Of a stretch of 64,000 nucleotides of DNA, positions 49,201 through 60,700 are shown piece after piece; the stretch's first letter is position 1; each line of letters opens with the position of its first letter. The translations under genes were made by a program, and so were the position numbers. The notes below the pieces were generated by a model, which saw only the letters and a list, made by a program, of their open reading frames with translations, had not been told where the DNA came from and did no database searches. Source of the DNA: Ruditapes philippinarum (Eukaryota); contig NW_026852039.1 in NCBI RefSeq assembly GCF_026571515.1, positions 124,001-188,000 of the forward strand. The letters are read 5' to 3'.

Positions 49201-51509
49201 TAAAAGAACCAAGGGGTCTATTCAATAAGAGCTAGGGACTGGTTCCAGGATTCCCTTGTATCTCATATCTGTCTCTTTAATGTATACAATGTATACCTGC
49301 TTACAGTGATCGAAAACGATTTTAAAGCAGTACGATATGTAGAAGTAGAAGACTTCACATTTTTATTTTTTACATTTGTTGGAAGAATACAGATTTGACC
49401 TATGTAATACAAGTAACTAGCTTCAAATTTGCGGTATATGTCAAAAGATACAAATAGATTTGATAATGTAGTATTTACAGAGTATAAACTGTGGGTAACT
49501 GACGATGATCAAGTGTTAATCTGATAGTAATTTATTGTAGTGCCTAGGGAAGTGGTTTGATGCAAGCTTGCAAGATGGTGACAATGTCAAGAAGCTAGAA
49601 AACCAGGTGGAAGACGGGCTTAAGAAAATTGACAAAAGCAATCTCCCTGGGAAGTTCAAAGCCTGGTTATACCAGCATGCCTTACTTCCAAGGCTAATCT
49701 GGCCTATGATGATGTATGAGATACCAAGCTCTAAAATTGAAGCCTTAGAGAGGATAACAAGCAGACACCTCGCAAGTGGTTAGGAATACCACCCAGTTTC
49801 TCCGGTGTAGGACTGTATGGAAAGAGCAATCAGCTTCAACTCCCATTTTCTTCACTGGTAGAGGAATTCAAGACAGCGAAGACAAGATTGGTGCTCACCC
49901 TCAGAGATTCCCCAGAGCAAATCCGGGAAGCAGGGATTGTAACCCGTACAGGCAGGAAGTGGTCAGCATCAGAGACCGTTAACCAGGCTGAAAGCTCACT
50001 TAAGCTCAAGGACATTGTGGGAATGACCGCTGTGGGACGACAGGGAATTGGTGCTACCAAGACACCCCTGTGGAACCAGGCAGACCAGAAGGAGAGACGT
50101 GCCATGATTCAGTCAGAAGTCAGGGGGGCAGAGGAGAGTGCAAGACAGGCTAGAGCAGTAGAGATGGGAGCACAGGGAGCATGGACTACATGGAACACCA
50201 TAGACAGGAAGCTGACTTGGGAAGACATATGGAAGTATGAACCATTACGGTTATCCTTTCTTATCAGGTCAGTTCATGACCTCTTACCCTCCCCAGCTAA
50301 TCTCCACCGGTGGGGACTTACAACGGATCCAGCATGTGACCTGTGCGATCGTCCTGGCACTCTGGAGCATGTCCTTTCTTCCTGTTCCACTGCACTGACA
50401 CAGGGAAGGTACAGATGGCGTCATGACAACGTCCTCAGGGAGGTGGCTGACTGGCTTGAAGGTGAAAGGAAAAAGGAACGAAGGGGTAACCCCAAGCTTT
50501 GTCACATCAACTTTGTGAAACCGGGTGAAACTGCCAAGACACAGTCGCCACACCAACCATCAATTCTAGATGGCGCAACAGGTTGGAACATGGAGGTGGA
50601 TCTTGGCAAGAAGCTTGTTTTCCCAAGTATTGTCCAGACCAACTTAAGACCAGATATTGTACTGTGGTCTGAAAAAGGAAAGAAACTCATCATGATTGAG
50701 TTAACAGTACCTTGGGAGACAAGATGTGAAGAGGCCTACGAGAGGAAGAAAGCAAAGTATACAGAGCTACTCAACCAATGTAGACAGAGAGGCTGGCATA
50801 CATGGCTGTTTCCTATTGAAGTAGGTGTGCGAGGGTTCTGTTTGCAATCTGTGTGCCGACTGATGACAGCGATAGGAACTACTGGAAAGGATAGACGTAG
50901 GACAATCCAGAGACTGAGCCAAACTGCCGAGCGTGCGTCTAGCTGGCTGTGGCTGAGACGAAAGGAGAAGAGCTGGAAGCAATCAACCTCCACACCGTAA
51001 GACGGTGGGCCCACTCGCCAGCAGATACAATGTATACATGGATAAGGGCCGAAATATCAATGACGGCGAGCACCATGCTGATGATGGAGGTCGATCAGCA
51101 ATCTAGATGCACCACAGACAGGAGATATACAGAAGATCTACATTAGGTGCGTTCCAGATTGTATCTTACTCATGTACAGTATGTAAATCTCCAACTGTTC
51201 CAACAACTGAATGAAGTTTATAAACCAGTTTAAACAGATTATTGTTTTGCAGATGTTTCTTTTCTAGTTGTGGTCAAATTGTTAGTTTATTGAAATTTGC
51301 TATCAAGATACTTAATATAGTAAGATATTTCCTGGATGCTTACCATCAGTAAAGGAATAACAGTTGTTATCCTCCCAAGCTTTTTTGCAATTTTTGATGC
51401 AGGTAGGGGAATTGAATTGGTTACTTAAAATATTTTTGCTGCATGCATCTTTCAATATTTTTGAAGCACTTTCCTTTGAAGGTGATGTAGATTTCCGTTT
51501 GGAAGACAT
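37258..51509 (-). CDS. OGFOD1: Prolyl 3-hydroxylase OGFOD1 (RPS23/uS12 hydroxylase)
   Basis: Exons 51509-51344, 47811-47660 ([11 protein letters not shown]...NDLYKFHQ), 47252-47203, 46794-46694, 46321-46205 ([19 protein letters not shown]), 45094-45003 ([11 protein letters not shown]), a garbled exon at ~42060-41930, 41316-41203 (FDWINPVYL), 40932-40853, 40177-39891, 39342-39211, 38304-38246 ([15 protein letters not shown]) and 37404-37258 ([17 protein letters not shown]...VYYE*). The readable introns are GT-AG with consistent phases. Confidence 0.93.
37974..38218. mobile_element. ~245-bp palindromic MITE, copy 1
   Basis: TGAGCCGCGTCACGACAAAACCAACA ... TGTTGGTTTTGTCGTGACGCGGCTCA; ~110-bp inverted arms. 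Confidence 0.88.
41405..41530 (-). mobile_element. Degenerate tRNA-derived SINE fragment
   Basis: The minus strand reads A-box-like CCTAGTGGTTAAGG and B-box-like GGTTCAAGCC, followed by GTACTGGTT...CTAGAAAG. Similar relics occur near 25430, 29440, 36020 and 40330. Confidence 0.5.
42160..43335. repeat. 34-bp minisatellite (AATATTTCATGTCTTACAAACTGGTTTCATTGGC), ~33 copies
   Basis: Units begin at 42533, 42567, 42601, 42635 and so on. This explains the repetitive 303-aa and other ORFs here. Confidence 0.95.
43446..44875. mobile_element. Non-autonomous hAT-like element with a 6-bp target-site duplication
   Basis: Perfect 15-bp TIR CAGTGTTTCTGCCAG / CTGGCAGAAACACTG, flanked by TATGAT on both sides. 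Confidence 0.85.
45153..45394. mobile_element. ~245-bp palindromic MITE, copy 2
   Basis: Same family as 37974-38218. Confidence 0.88.
48235..48371. repeat. 32-bp tandem repeat, 4 copies, within a possible old CAGG-ended MITE (47954-48463)
   Basis: CCAGACACTGTGATAACAGGACAGCATAATAG at 48251, 48283, 48315 and 48347. Flanking CAGGCCTTGACA / TGTCAAAGCCTG; no target-site duplication seen. Confidence 0.8.
49007..49290 (+). mobile_element. tRNA-derived SINE
   Basis: A box TAGCTCAGTTGG and B box GGTTCGATCC lie in a tRNA-like head with a broken anticodon stem. A non-tRNA body follows, containing GGGCATGTAAAAGAACC, which resembles a conserved mollusc SINE core. Confidence 0.75.
49541..51145 (+). mobile_element. 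5'-truncated non-LTR retrotransposon with a restriction-like endonuclease (HERO-type, R2 group), antisense in OGFOD1 intron 1
   Basis: RT thumb [10 protein letters not shown]...[21 protein letters not shown], a 1-nt frameshift at ~49771, then [10 protein letters not shown]. Zinc knuckle CDLC...[15 protein letters not shown], and endonuclease motif LRPDIVLWS...IELTVPWE...ERKKAKY; stop at 51000. GC content is well above the flanks. Confidence 0.92.
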
Positions 51510-51776
51510 AATTATAGAAAAGTCCTAATTAAAAGTTTGATTATAGTTTCACGTTTTCCGTATTGCCTAAAGTTGGTCTTTTATTATTATTTACGACATC
51601 ACATTTTCTTATTTAAAGAATTCTTTTATAGAAGACATGTCCTACATTTGTTAAGAGAATCTAATAAACTATTTCTTGTCCGTTGTGTGAATACAACAGC
51701 TTATTTCATTAATTAAAATCGTCTGCTTTCCGGCAAATTTGGCATTCCGACATAAGGGGAAAACGTCGAAATAAAA
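51510..51776. promoter_or_regulatory. Bidirectional promoter region shared by OGFOD1 and LSM4
   Basis: The divergent start codons are 267 bp apart (51509 and 51777). An ETS-type TTCCGG lies at ~51728. Confidence 0.65.
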
Positions 51777-54700
51777 ATGGTAATTATCCTATAATTTCGT
51801 CCAAAATTTTGTAATCGTCTATCATATATCTTTTAACCGCCTTATTAACTTCATTTAGGAGTACATGTGCTTCCACATCTCGTCTGAAATTTCAATTTAG
51901 TAATTGTTCATGCTTACAACAATTCGGATACAACAATTTCGGATATTTCTTTATAAATTTCCAAATGATCATTAGAATTGCCCAGAAAAGTACTCGAGAA
52001 TTGGATCGGGTAACACCTATACCTGGGACCAGGAAAACATATAGTTGTTCTAGAAACAAATCTAAACACATAAATGAATAGTATATGCTAACAAAAATTG
52101 TTATCAGAATAGAAAACTGAAATAAGTTAATATGACATATCGCTTAACAACCCTGTTCAAAGCAAAATTTATGTAGTAAATCAAAAGAAATTAATAAGAG
52201 ATTAATAATGTAAGTATCTAATATGAAAAAGGCAAAGCCTCAAAGCTAGCTTGATTTACTTTTATCGTGAAATAGTATAAAATAATCATTCATTATTATT
52301 TTACGTTTTCTGTTTTAAAATTGTTATTCGGTATTTTATACACTGCTTCCGTTTATTCTGGTTCCCACTTTCTATTATGGTTCCTATGTAAGTGGCAGGA
52401 CACCAGTCTATGCTTCCGTTTTCAATCAGAATTATTCTGCTTTTATTGTTATCTTGTTATTCGAAAAGTTGCGATGTGTCAACTCAGTACTTCAGACGAA
52501 AGTTTTCAAAACCATCACTATCTAGCAGGTACTCGTGTTACTGTAAAGCTCGCTCTGGGAGCAGGCCCTTCGGCTATTACAATCAGGGATCATTCTAGGG
52601 GGCGATTTCCGCGATTTCTCGCAAAAAAATCACCAAAATCGCAGAGAAATTTGTGAAATGAGAGAAAATCTCGCACGGCAATTTGAGCCGGAAAATGTCT
52701 AATCACAATCTAAAGAATGCTAAAATCACACAAAAATATGCAAATAATAGTTGTAGCGGATATCCATGTATAATTCTTTTATATTTCAGAATGAAAGTGT
52801 TATATTTATTTTTCACAATTAGAATTTTATTATGTTTAAAAATTCACAAAAGAAAAGGCATAGAATGAATCAAAAAAGTGAAAACAAAAATCACTGTAAT
52901 AAACAGAGCTACATCTTCTTATATCCTCATTAGATAAACCATGTTTATATGTGCAGTGATTTTAAAAAGTTAGAAATTTCCATATTTTAACCTCGCCCAT
53001 CATGTAAATTAAGGTAGCTCGCTACTTTCCGACCGAAATATGACAACATCTCAGATCTTGATGATTTTTGGTATGCAAACATATAAATATGTGAGCTTTA
53101 CTTCTGCAGTATTATTTTATAAATAAACAGCGTTACTTATGACGTAAAAGCGCCCTCTATCGGTGGCGGTGAAATTGCGTCTTTTTTATCAATAAAACCG
53201 GTCTGTTCTTTATCAATTTTCATCCGATTTCCTTCATTTTAATATCATAATGTTCAGTAAATGTATGTCTTTGTAATGATGTCTTTCTTTAACATTTACT
53301 TAATAGTCTGCGATTTTACGTCATTTTTCTCTACTTTCTGACGTCCATATTTGATGCAAATATCGCGCGATATCGCATTAAAGATTGTGTAATAAAAAAA
53401 AATTCAAACACGGTGAATTTTGCTATAATTTTCCGAGCGTGTAGTGAGATAGTGACGGAAAATATTTATGCAATAAAAATATAGGGTCAACGCGTAAGAT
53501 ATTTTGCTATTACTGTTTTAAAAATAAAATAAGGGTGAGTGAAACGTTATGATTTTGGTGACGTTAATAGTTGTTGGAGTTCAAAGAATAATACCAAATA
53601 ACAATTTTCTTACGTCAAACATTACGATAGTAAGTAAAAACAACACAGGGATTGATGAAATGTATATATTTTTTAAATTTGTTGATTATTTTCTCATTGA
53701 AAGCATGCGCTAGATGAGCACATTTTACAATGTTTAATCCGACAATCCCTTTTTAAATACTTTTTTAATTTGCAGGACACAGTCTCATACATCTTTTAAT
53801 TCTAATTTTATAATGTGATGTTGTTAAAGTGTTATATTATTATATGAATTAACTAGTTTCAGCGCAAAAAATAAGATTCACATATTGCTGTATGGATGTA
53901 GTAAGAATATAAGGTCGCTTACCCGTAGAATATTTATTTTACGTTACATTCAGTCTTAAACACTTTCATAAAATCATATAAAGGCAGACGAGCCTCGGTG
54001 TCAAAACACATCGTAAAAAATACAATTCAAATAGATATGCATACAAATGTGCCGAAATAAGTGATAAATAAAATTCAGAAATAATATTCAAATATGTTAA
54101 AGGGACTGAGGTATTTTGACATGATGGAACTGAAAATATTTTTTTCCACGAATATTTGTGCAAAATTTCAGAGCATTCGCGCACTTCGTTTTTCCAGAAT
54201 AATTATTCAAAATGAAAAGTGTTTAAACGCTTTTCACCCAAATCGGGCTAACAAAAACATAAAAATACGATTTTCAATTTATTTCAAAGTATATAATTCT
54301 TAACTATTTTCGCATATATTTCTGTTTAAAAGTGCCCAGCTCATTTATGTAAGAAATTCAAATGTTATGTGTTTATCTTTTCAACCTCATTGGAGTCCCT
54401 TTAAGAATATTTAAAAACAAACTGTACAAGAAACAAAAACCTTTATTTTGTTTTTATTTTTGCTTACCATTTTCTAAGTCTGTGCAATACATAGATTATA
54501 TAATTATAATCTAATTAAAATGTCATGATAATTAGAAAATGAGCACTTATGTGACAAACTATAAACTATTTTGGAAGCAAAATCATACTGAATAAAAAAA
54601 ATATATATGCATATTCGCAACTGCAGACTCGAATGTACACCCAATATAACCATTACTCAACTCGGATTCATTACCGTTTTTTCATTACTGTACAGTATCG

Positions 54701-57700
54701 AGTATAACATAGCGGCCCTCAAAGTATTATTTATTTCTAAAGAGTTCCACTACATTTTACCTCTGTAGAGCAACCACTCTAGGCAACAAAGGGCATTTCT
54801 CTGTAGAGGTTATACTGTATATTTTAGTTAAATACAAAATATAATTATTAACTAACTTGTGCAACTTTTGTTACCACTGAATACGAATAATGTATTATGT
54901 TGACGTTATCTTGTTCATTTTTTAATACAATACAGTTTGCTTTAAAACAAAAATAAACAAAAAAACAAGAAAAAAAAAAACAACCTCAAACACACACCAA
55001 CAACACGTGTTTATGATGTTAGCAATAAAATGGACTTCTCCCTTATTAACGGAGATCATAATCAGGTTTTTTTTACTTTGAATATTCTTCTGTTGCCACG
55101 TTGTAATCGGTAAAGTGGTCTTACGCTGAATTCGGAAGGCATGGATTCGAGACACGATTGCTTATTGTTACTAATAGATTATATTTTAGAATTGTTTACT
55201 GTCTATGAAATGTTTCAAGGTCCACCTCGGACTCCTGTCATTCATTTCCAAAGAGAAGTTGATACTGTGGGAAACACTGGTACCGTTTAAATTCCCTCCG
55301 CTTTAATTGAAATACTGTTGAAAGCGGCGTTAAACCCAATATTAAAAAATAAGAAAATATAAAACATAAAATGCATAGTTCATTATTTTCATAGGCTCTA
55401 CATAGCACTGCATTATGTGCAGACAAAAAAACGAGCTTCTCCCACAACCATATTCTCAAAAATTGAGGATCCCTACATGGTCTTCAATACAAGGGAATCT
55501 GTATTTAATATGCAAAATTCTCCGCTTCTGAACATACAAAATAAATCAACGGAACTTTCGCCTTTAATCGAGAAATGATCGCGGCTTCAGGTCGCCTCAA
55601 AGATGCGCTAGTAAACGCATACCGCGAGTCAGCTAGTTTAAAATAAATAAGAATATCTGTAATTATGTGAAATACGTGAGAAATTAAAGCCAAAGCATGA
55701 GAGCGTGATTCCTGCTTTTAAATGTGAGTCTCACGCTTAGTGCAGGGTATTTAGCTGCGAGAGAAAAAATAGAATATCTGATGGCTGTTAATAAATAAAT
55801 TTTATACGTTTTAGAAAATTTTTGAATTAAATGTCTGCTAGATTTATAATATAATTAAGACTACCAGTGAATCATGGCTTACGTTCAAATCGTTGCTACT
55901 TCCAGTTGATCATATATTTTTGAAACGTAAATTTGATTTATTTCCTACCACAGACATAGATGTTATCTATGTCTCTGTTCCTACTAACTGATATATACAA
56001 TTCAAAATTGTTACATATGATAACATGGAAGTTTATGTTGTACCGAGATATACATAACATGATGACATTGCGACTGCATCAGCCTTTTCTTCTTTTTTTC
56101 TGACATTCTTTGCAAAATTTATGTTTTTATAATTTCCACTTAGGTGGCCCTTTAATTATATCTTTCAATATTCTGAATTGTCTTTCAGTCCTCGAGGTAT
56201 TTATATCCATTCGTTGCAGTTTTTCAGCGATTGATACCAACTTTTGCAGACAGTTATACCCTGATTTTGTTGTACATGTATATAATTGAAGATATTCATC
56301 GAAATGCAGGCATCTGCCAGGACTTTTAAAGAACATTTTTACGGAACATGTCTACAAACTATTGTTGTTGATGGTTTTCACACATTTTTATTCCTGTCAG
56401 TATGTTATTTATCGAAAAAAGTCGTGAAAATTTCCTTGAGAAAAATATTTGACGTCACCAAAATCATTACGTTTTACTCACCCTTTATTTTATATTCAAA
56501 TAGTAATAGCAAAATATCTTACGCGTTGACCCTATATTTTTATTGCATAAATATTTTCTTTTATGACTTCACTACATGCTAAAAAAAATTAAAGCAAAAT
56601 TCACCGTGTTGATTTTTTATTATTTCACAATCTTTATTGCGATATCGCGCGATATTTGCATCAAATATGACGTCAGAACGAGAGGGAAAATAACGTAGAA
56701 TCGCAGAGTATTTAGCAAATGTTCAAGAAAGACATCATTACAAAGACATACATTTACTGAACATTATAAAATTAAAATGAAGGAAATCGGATGAAAAATT
56801 GATAATAACAGACAGTTTATTGATAAAAAAACACGCAATTTCGCCGCCACCGATAGAGGGCGCTTTGACGTCATAGTAACGCTGTTTATTTATAAATTAA
56901 TGCTGCAGAAGTAAAGCTTACATATCTACATGTCTGTATACCAGAAATCATCAAGATCTGAGATATTGTCAAATTTCGGTCGGAAAGTAGCGAGCTACCT
57001 TAAATCTCTCAAGAAAATCTAATTTCTCTCATTAAAATTTCTCAAATGAGAGAAAATCTCTCACTAAAAATCCTGACCAGAATGATCCCTGACAATTGAA
57101 AGTGACATGAATGTTGGTCAGCATGTGTACTAATGTATCTTGGGCTTTGCTTGTGGATTTATTCAGTGTTTGTAAAGTTTTTGCCCTTGACTTAGTAAAA
57201 GCTTTTTAGTTTTCAACTTGTGTCACATGTATCCCAAAACATATTTGACCTAGAGTCATAAGATTTACAAAACAGTGAAGTGTGGGGGCACCCGTTTCAC
57301 ATTTCTAGTTTTCATTTTTAGCTCACCTGTCACAAAGTGACAGGGTGAGCTTTTGTGATCGCTTTTCGTCTGGCGTCCGTCTGTCCGTAAACTTTTACTT
57401 TAAATGACATCTCCTCATAAACCACTAAGCCAATTTCATCCAAACTTCACAGGAATGTTCCTTTGGTGGTCACCTTTAAAAATTGTTCAAAGAATTTAAT
57501 TCCATGCAGAACTCTGGTTGCCATGGCAACCGAAAGAAAAAACTTTAAATATCTTCTTTTAAAAAACCATAAGAGCTAGAGAGCTTAGATATTTGGCATG
57601 AAACATCTTCTAGTGAGTGTCTACCAATTTTGTTCAAATAAAAGCCCTGGGGTCAAAATTGGCCCCGCCCCGGGGGGTCATTGATTTTCCCTAAATGCAT

Positions 57701-60700
57701 AAAGTAAAAACTTAAAAAATCTTCTTTTAAAGAACTCAAAGAGCTATGGCTAAGATATTGAGCATCAAACAGGTTCTAATAGGTGTCTACCAAGTTTGTT
57801 CAAATAAAAGCCCTGGGGTCAAAATTGGCCCCGCCCCGGGGGGTCATTGATTTTCCCTATATGCATATAGTAAAAACTTAAAAAATCTTCTTTTAAAGAA
57901 CTCAAAGAGCTATGGCTAATATATTTAGCATCAAACATGTTCTAATAGGTGTCTACCAAGTTTGTTCAAATAAAAGCCCTGGGGTCAAAATTGGCACCGC
58001 CCCGGGGATCATTGATTTTCCTTATATGTGTATAGCAAAAACTTAAAAAAATCTTCTTTGAAAAAACCCAAATAGCTAGAGTTAAGATATTAAGCATGAA
58101 ACATCTTCTAGTAAGTGTCTACAAAGTTTGTTCAAATAAAAGCCCTGGGCTTTCGTCTTATTAATTAAGCAATACCGTATATTACTATTGATTCTTATCT
58201 ACAATCATCTTTCTTTACTAGATAATAGTTTAGTTGAGTTTAATGTTTCTACTGACACCTCTCATTGAAACAGTCTAAGTCACTTCTGTTGATAAAACCT
58301 GTGTCTTCTTTCGACAAAATATCTAATTTTATATATTTCAGCTTCCATTTATCAAATTTTGAGAACTGGGAGTTAACCATTTTTAAAGGTTAAAATTTTT
58401 TAAATAAAAATGCAAAAATTTTTATACAATAAAAAATTATTTTGTAACCCAAAAACGTACAAAGAAAACAAAACATACATTTTTTATGTTTATTTTTGCT
58501 TAAAAAAATTTTTTTGAAATTTTAAAATTTATAATCATCTGTATTCCCCGGTTTAATTTCATTTTTTAAAAAACCCAAGAGTTGACACTTACCTACTTTT
58601 TTCTGGTAACATAACACTGACTAAATGTGGGTTTCACAACTTTGATCGTTACTCGCAAGTCTTCAGTCTTTAGATCCAGTGTAATAGTGCCTTACACTCT
58701 AATGTCAAGATACAACATCAAATCAAGACACACCTTTATGTTAAGAAGCACTGAAGTTATGTGACATGAAGGTAGTAAAATGTAAACAAAGTACTAGTAT
58801 TTTCACTATTTTGACTTCCATAAAAAATACTCATTCACTATGATTATACCAATTGCCAACATAAAACTTTTTTACAGCTGCTAATGAAATAAAATGGGTG
58901 GCTGAGTGGTTAATTTCCAAAGTGTTTTATCCCCTTTAGGTCCTGCAAGTGACTATATATAATTACATGTATGTATATCACATTGACTCACTTATGGAGG
59001 TAAGTTAGTGAAACTACTCAGGTTACTGTACCTGACGTCTTCCTATTTATAGCTGTATGACCTTTACACTGTTGTTGTAAATAAAAATCCAACCAAATAA
59101 ATGAATTGAAAATAAAAATTCACATATGGTGCTTGTAAATTATTTCATTCTTTGGTTATAATTTCTATGAATGAATTGTTTTGTTTAATTCAGTTGGTGG
59201 AGTTGAAGAATGGAGAAACATACAACGGACATTTAGTAAGCTGTGATAACTGGATGAATATCAATCTTAGAGAAGTTATTTGTACTTCAAGGGTAAACTA
59301 TTATATTATTAATATGATATTATATTTGAGCCGCATCACGACAAAACCAACATAGTGGGTTTGCGACCAGCATGGATCCAGACCAGCCTGCGCATCCCCG
59401 CAGTCAGATCAGGATCCATGCTGTTCACTATCAGTTTCTCTACTTGTAAAAGGGTTTGTAAGCAAACAGCAGGGATCCTGATCAGACTGCACGGATGCGC
59501 AGGCTGGTCTGGATCCATGCTGGTCGCAAACGCACAATGTTGGTTTTGTCATGACACAGCTCATTTATTTTCGTTACCAAATGTACCCATTCTGATTAAA
59601 ATATCCAATTTTATTTACTGCTCAGTGTGGTTTGTCATCAAATTTAATTTCATTCTTATTTGCCATCAAATTTGAAAAGATGTTTTTTTGCAATGAATGC
59701 TTTTTACAGTTATTATGCTCCTCGAAAAATTTTGGGGGAGCATAAAGTCGTCAGTTTGTCTGTCCGTCCGTACACGAATTTGTGTCTGGGCCCATAACTT
59801 TGTTATTTGAAGTCGGATTTTAAAACTATTTCACAGAAATGATCACCATATTGAGACGACGTGTCGCGCGCAACATTTGGCTCGCTACCTTGAAGGTCAA
59901 GGTCACAGCATGACCTTGCAGCAAAATCGTGTCCGGTCCATAACTTCGTTATTTGAAGTCCGATTTTAAAAATATTTCACAGAAATTATCATCATATGGA
60001 GATGATGTGTCATGCACAACATTTGTGTCGCTACCTTGAAGGTCAAGGTCACATCTTGACCTTGCAGCAAAATTGTGTCCGGCACATAACTTCATTATTT
60101 GAAGTCGGATTTTGCAACTATTTCACAGAAATGATCACCATAATGAGACAATGTGTCGCGCGCAACATTTTGGTCGCCACCTTGAAGGTCAAGGTCACGG
60201 TATGACCTTGCAGCAAAATCGTGTCTGGCCCATAACTTCATTACTTGAAGACGGATTTAACAACTATTTCGCAGAGATGATCACCATATTAAATCCACGT
60301 GTCGCATGCAACATTCGGGTTGCTACCTTGAAGGTCAAGGTCACAGCATGACCTTGCAGCAAAATCATGTCCGGCCCATAACTTCGTTATTTGAAGTTGG
60401 ATTTTACAACTATTTCACAAAAATGATCACCATATTGAGACAATGTGTCATGCACAACATTTGGGTTATTTTTACACTTTGAACTTTGTCTGTGACATAA
60501 CTCTGATACTACATGAGGTATACCTTCCTGTGTCCAAAACCTATTCGGGGAGCATCACCCGGTTCAACCGGCTCTTGTTATTATTTTGTTTTCAAAACAA
60601 ATTAATCAGGAATTTATGAAATTATTCTTTTCCTATTAACCTTTATAATGCTGAATTTTTGTCACATACATGTACTTGCTGTTTTATGATTTATTATCCA

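Larger units (their letters stand above)
52584..57091. mobile_element. hAT-like MITE with a 5-bp target-site duplication, split by a Kolobok-type insertion
   Basis: TIR CAGGGATCATTCT / AGAATGATCCCTG flanked by ACAAT on both sides; GAGAGAAAATCTC subterminal motifs at both ends. Confidence 0.8.

Noticed and set aside
49836-51014. Several minus-strand ORFs over the retrotransposon
   Set aside because: Antisense shadows of a GC-richer coding region, with no recognisable motifs.
52321-52868. 111-aa and neighbouring ORFs in LSM4 intron 1
   Set aside because: They cross a MITE boundary and have no recognisable domain or splice support.
38066-59675. Similar short ORFs (MDPDQPAHP..., [10 protein letters not shown]...) at 38.1, 45.1-45.4 and 59.3-59.7 kb
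   Set aside because: They are translations of the same palindromic MITE, not a peptide gene family.
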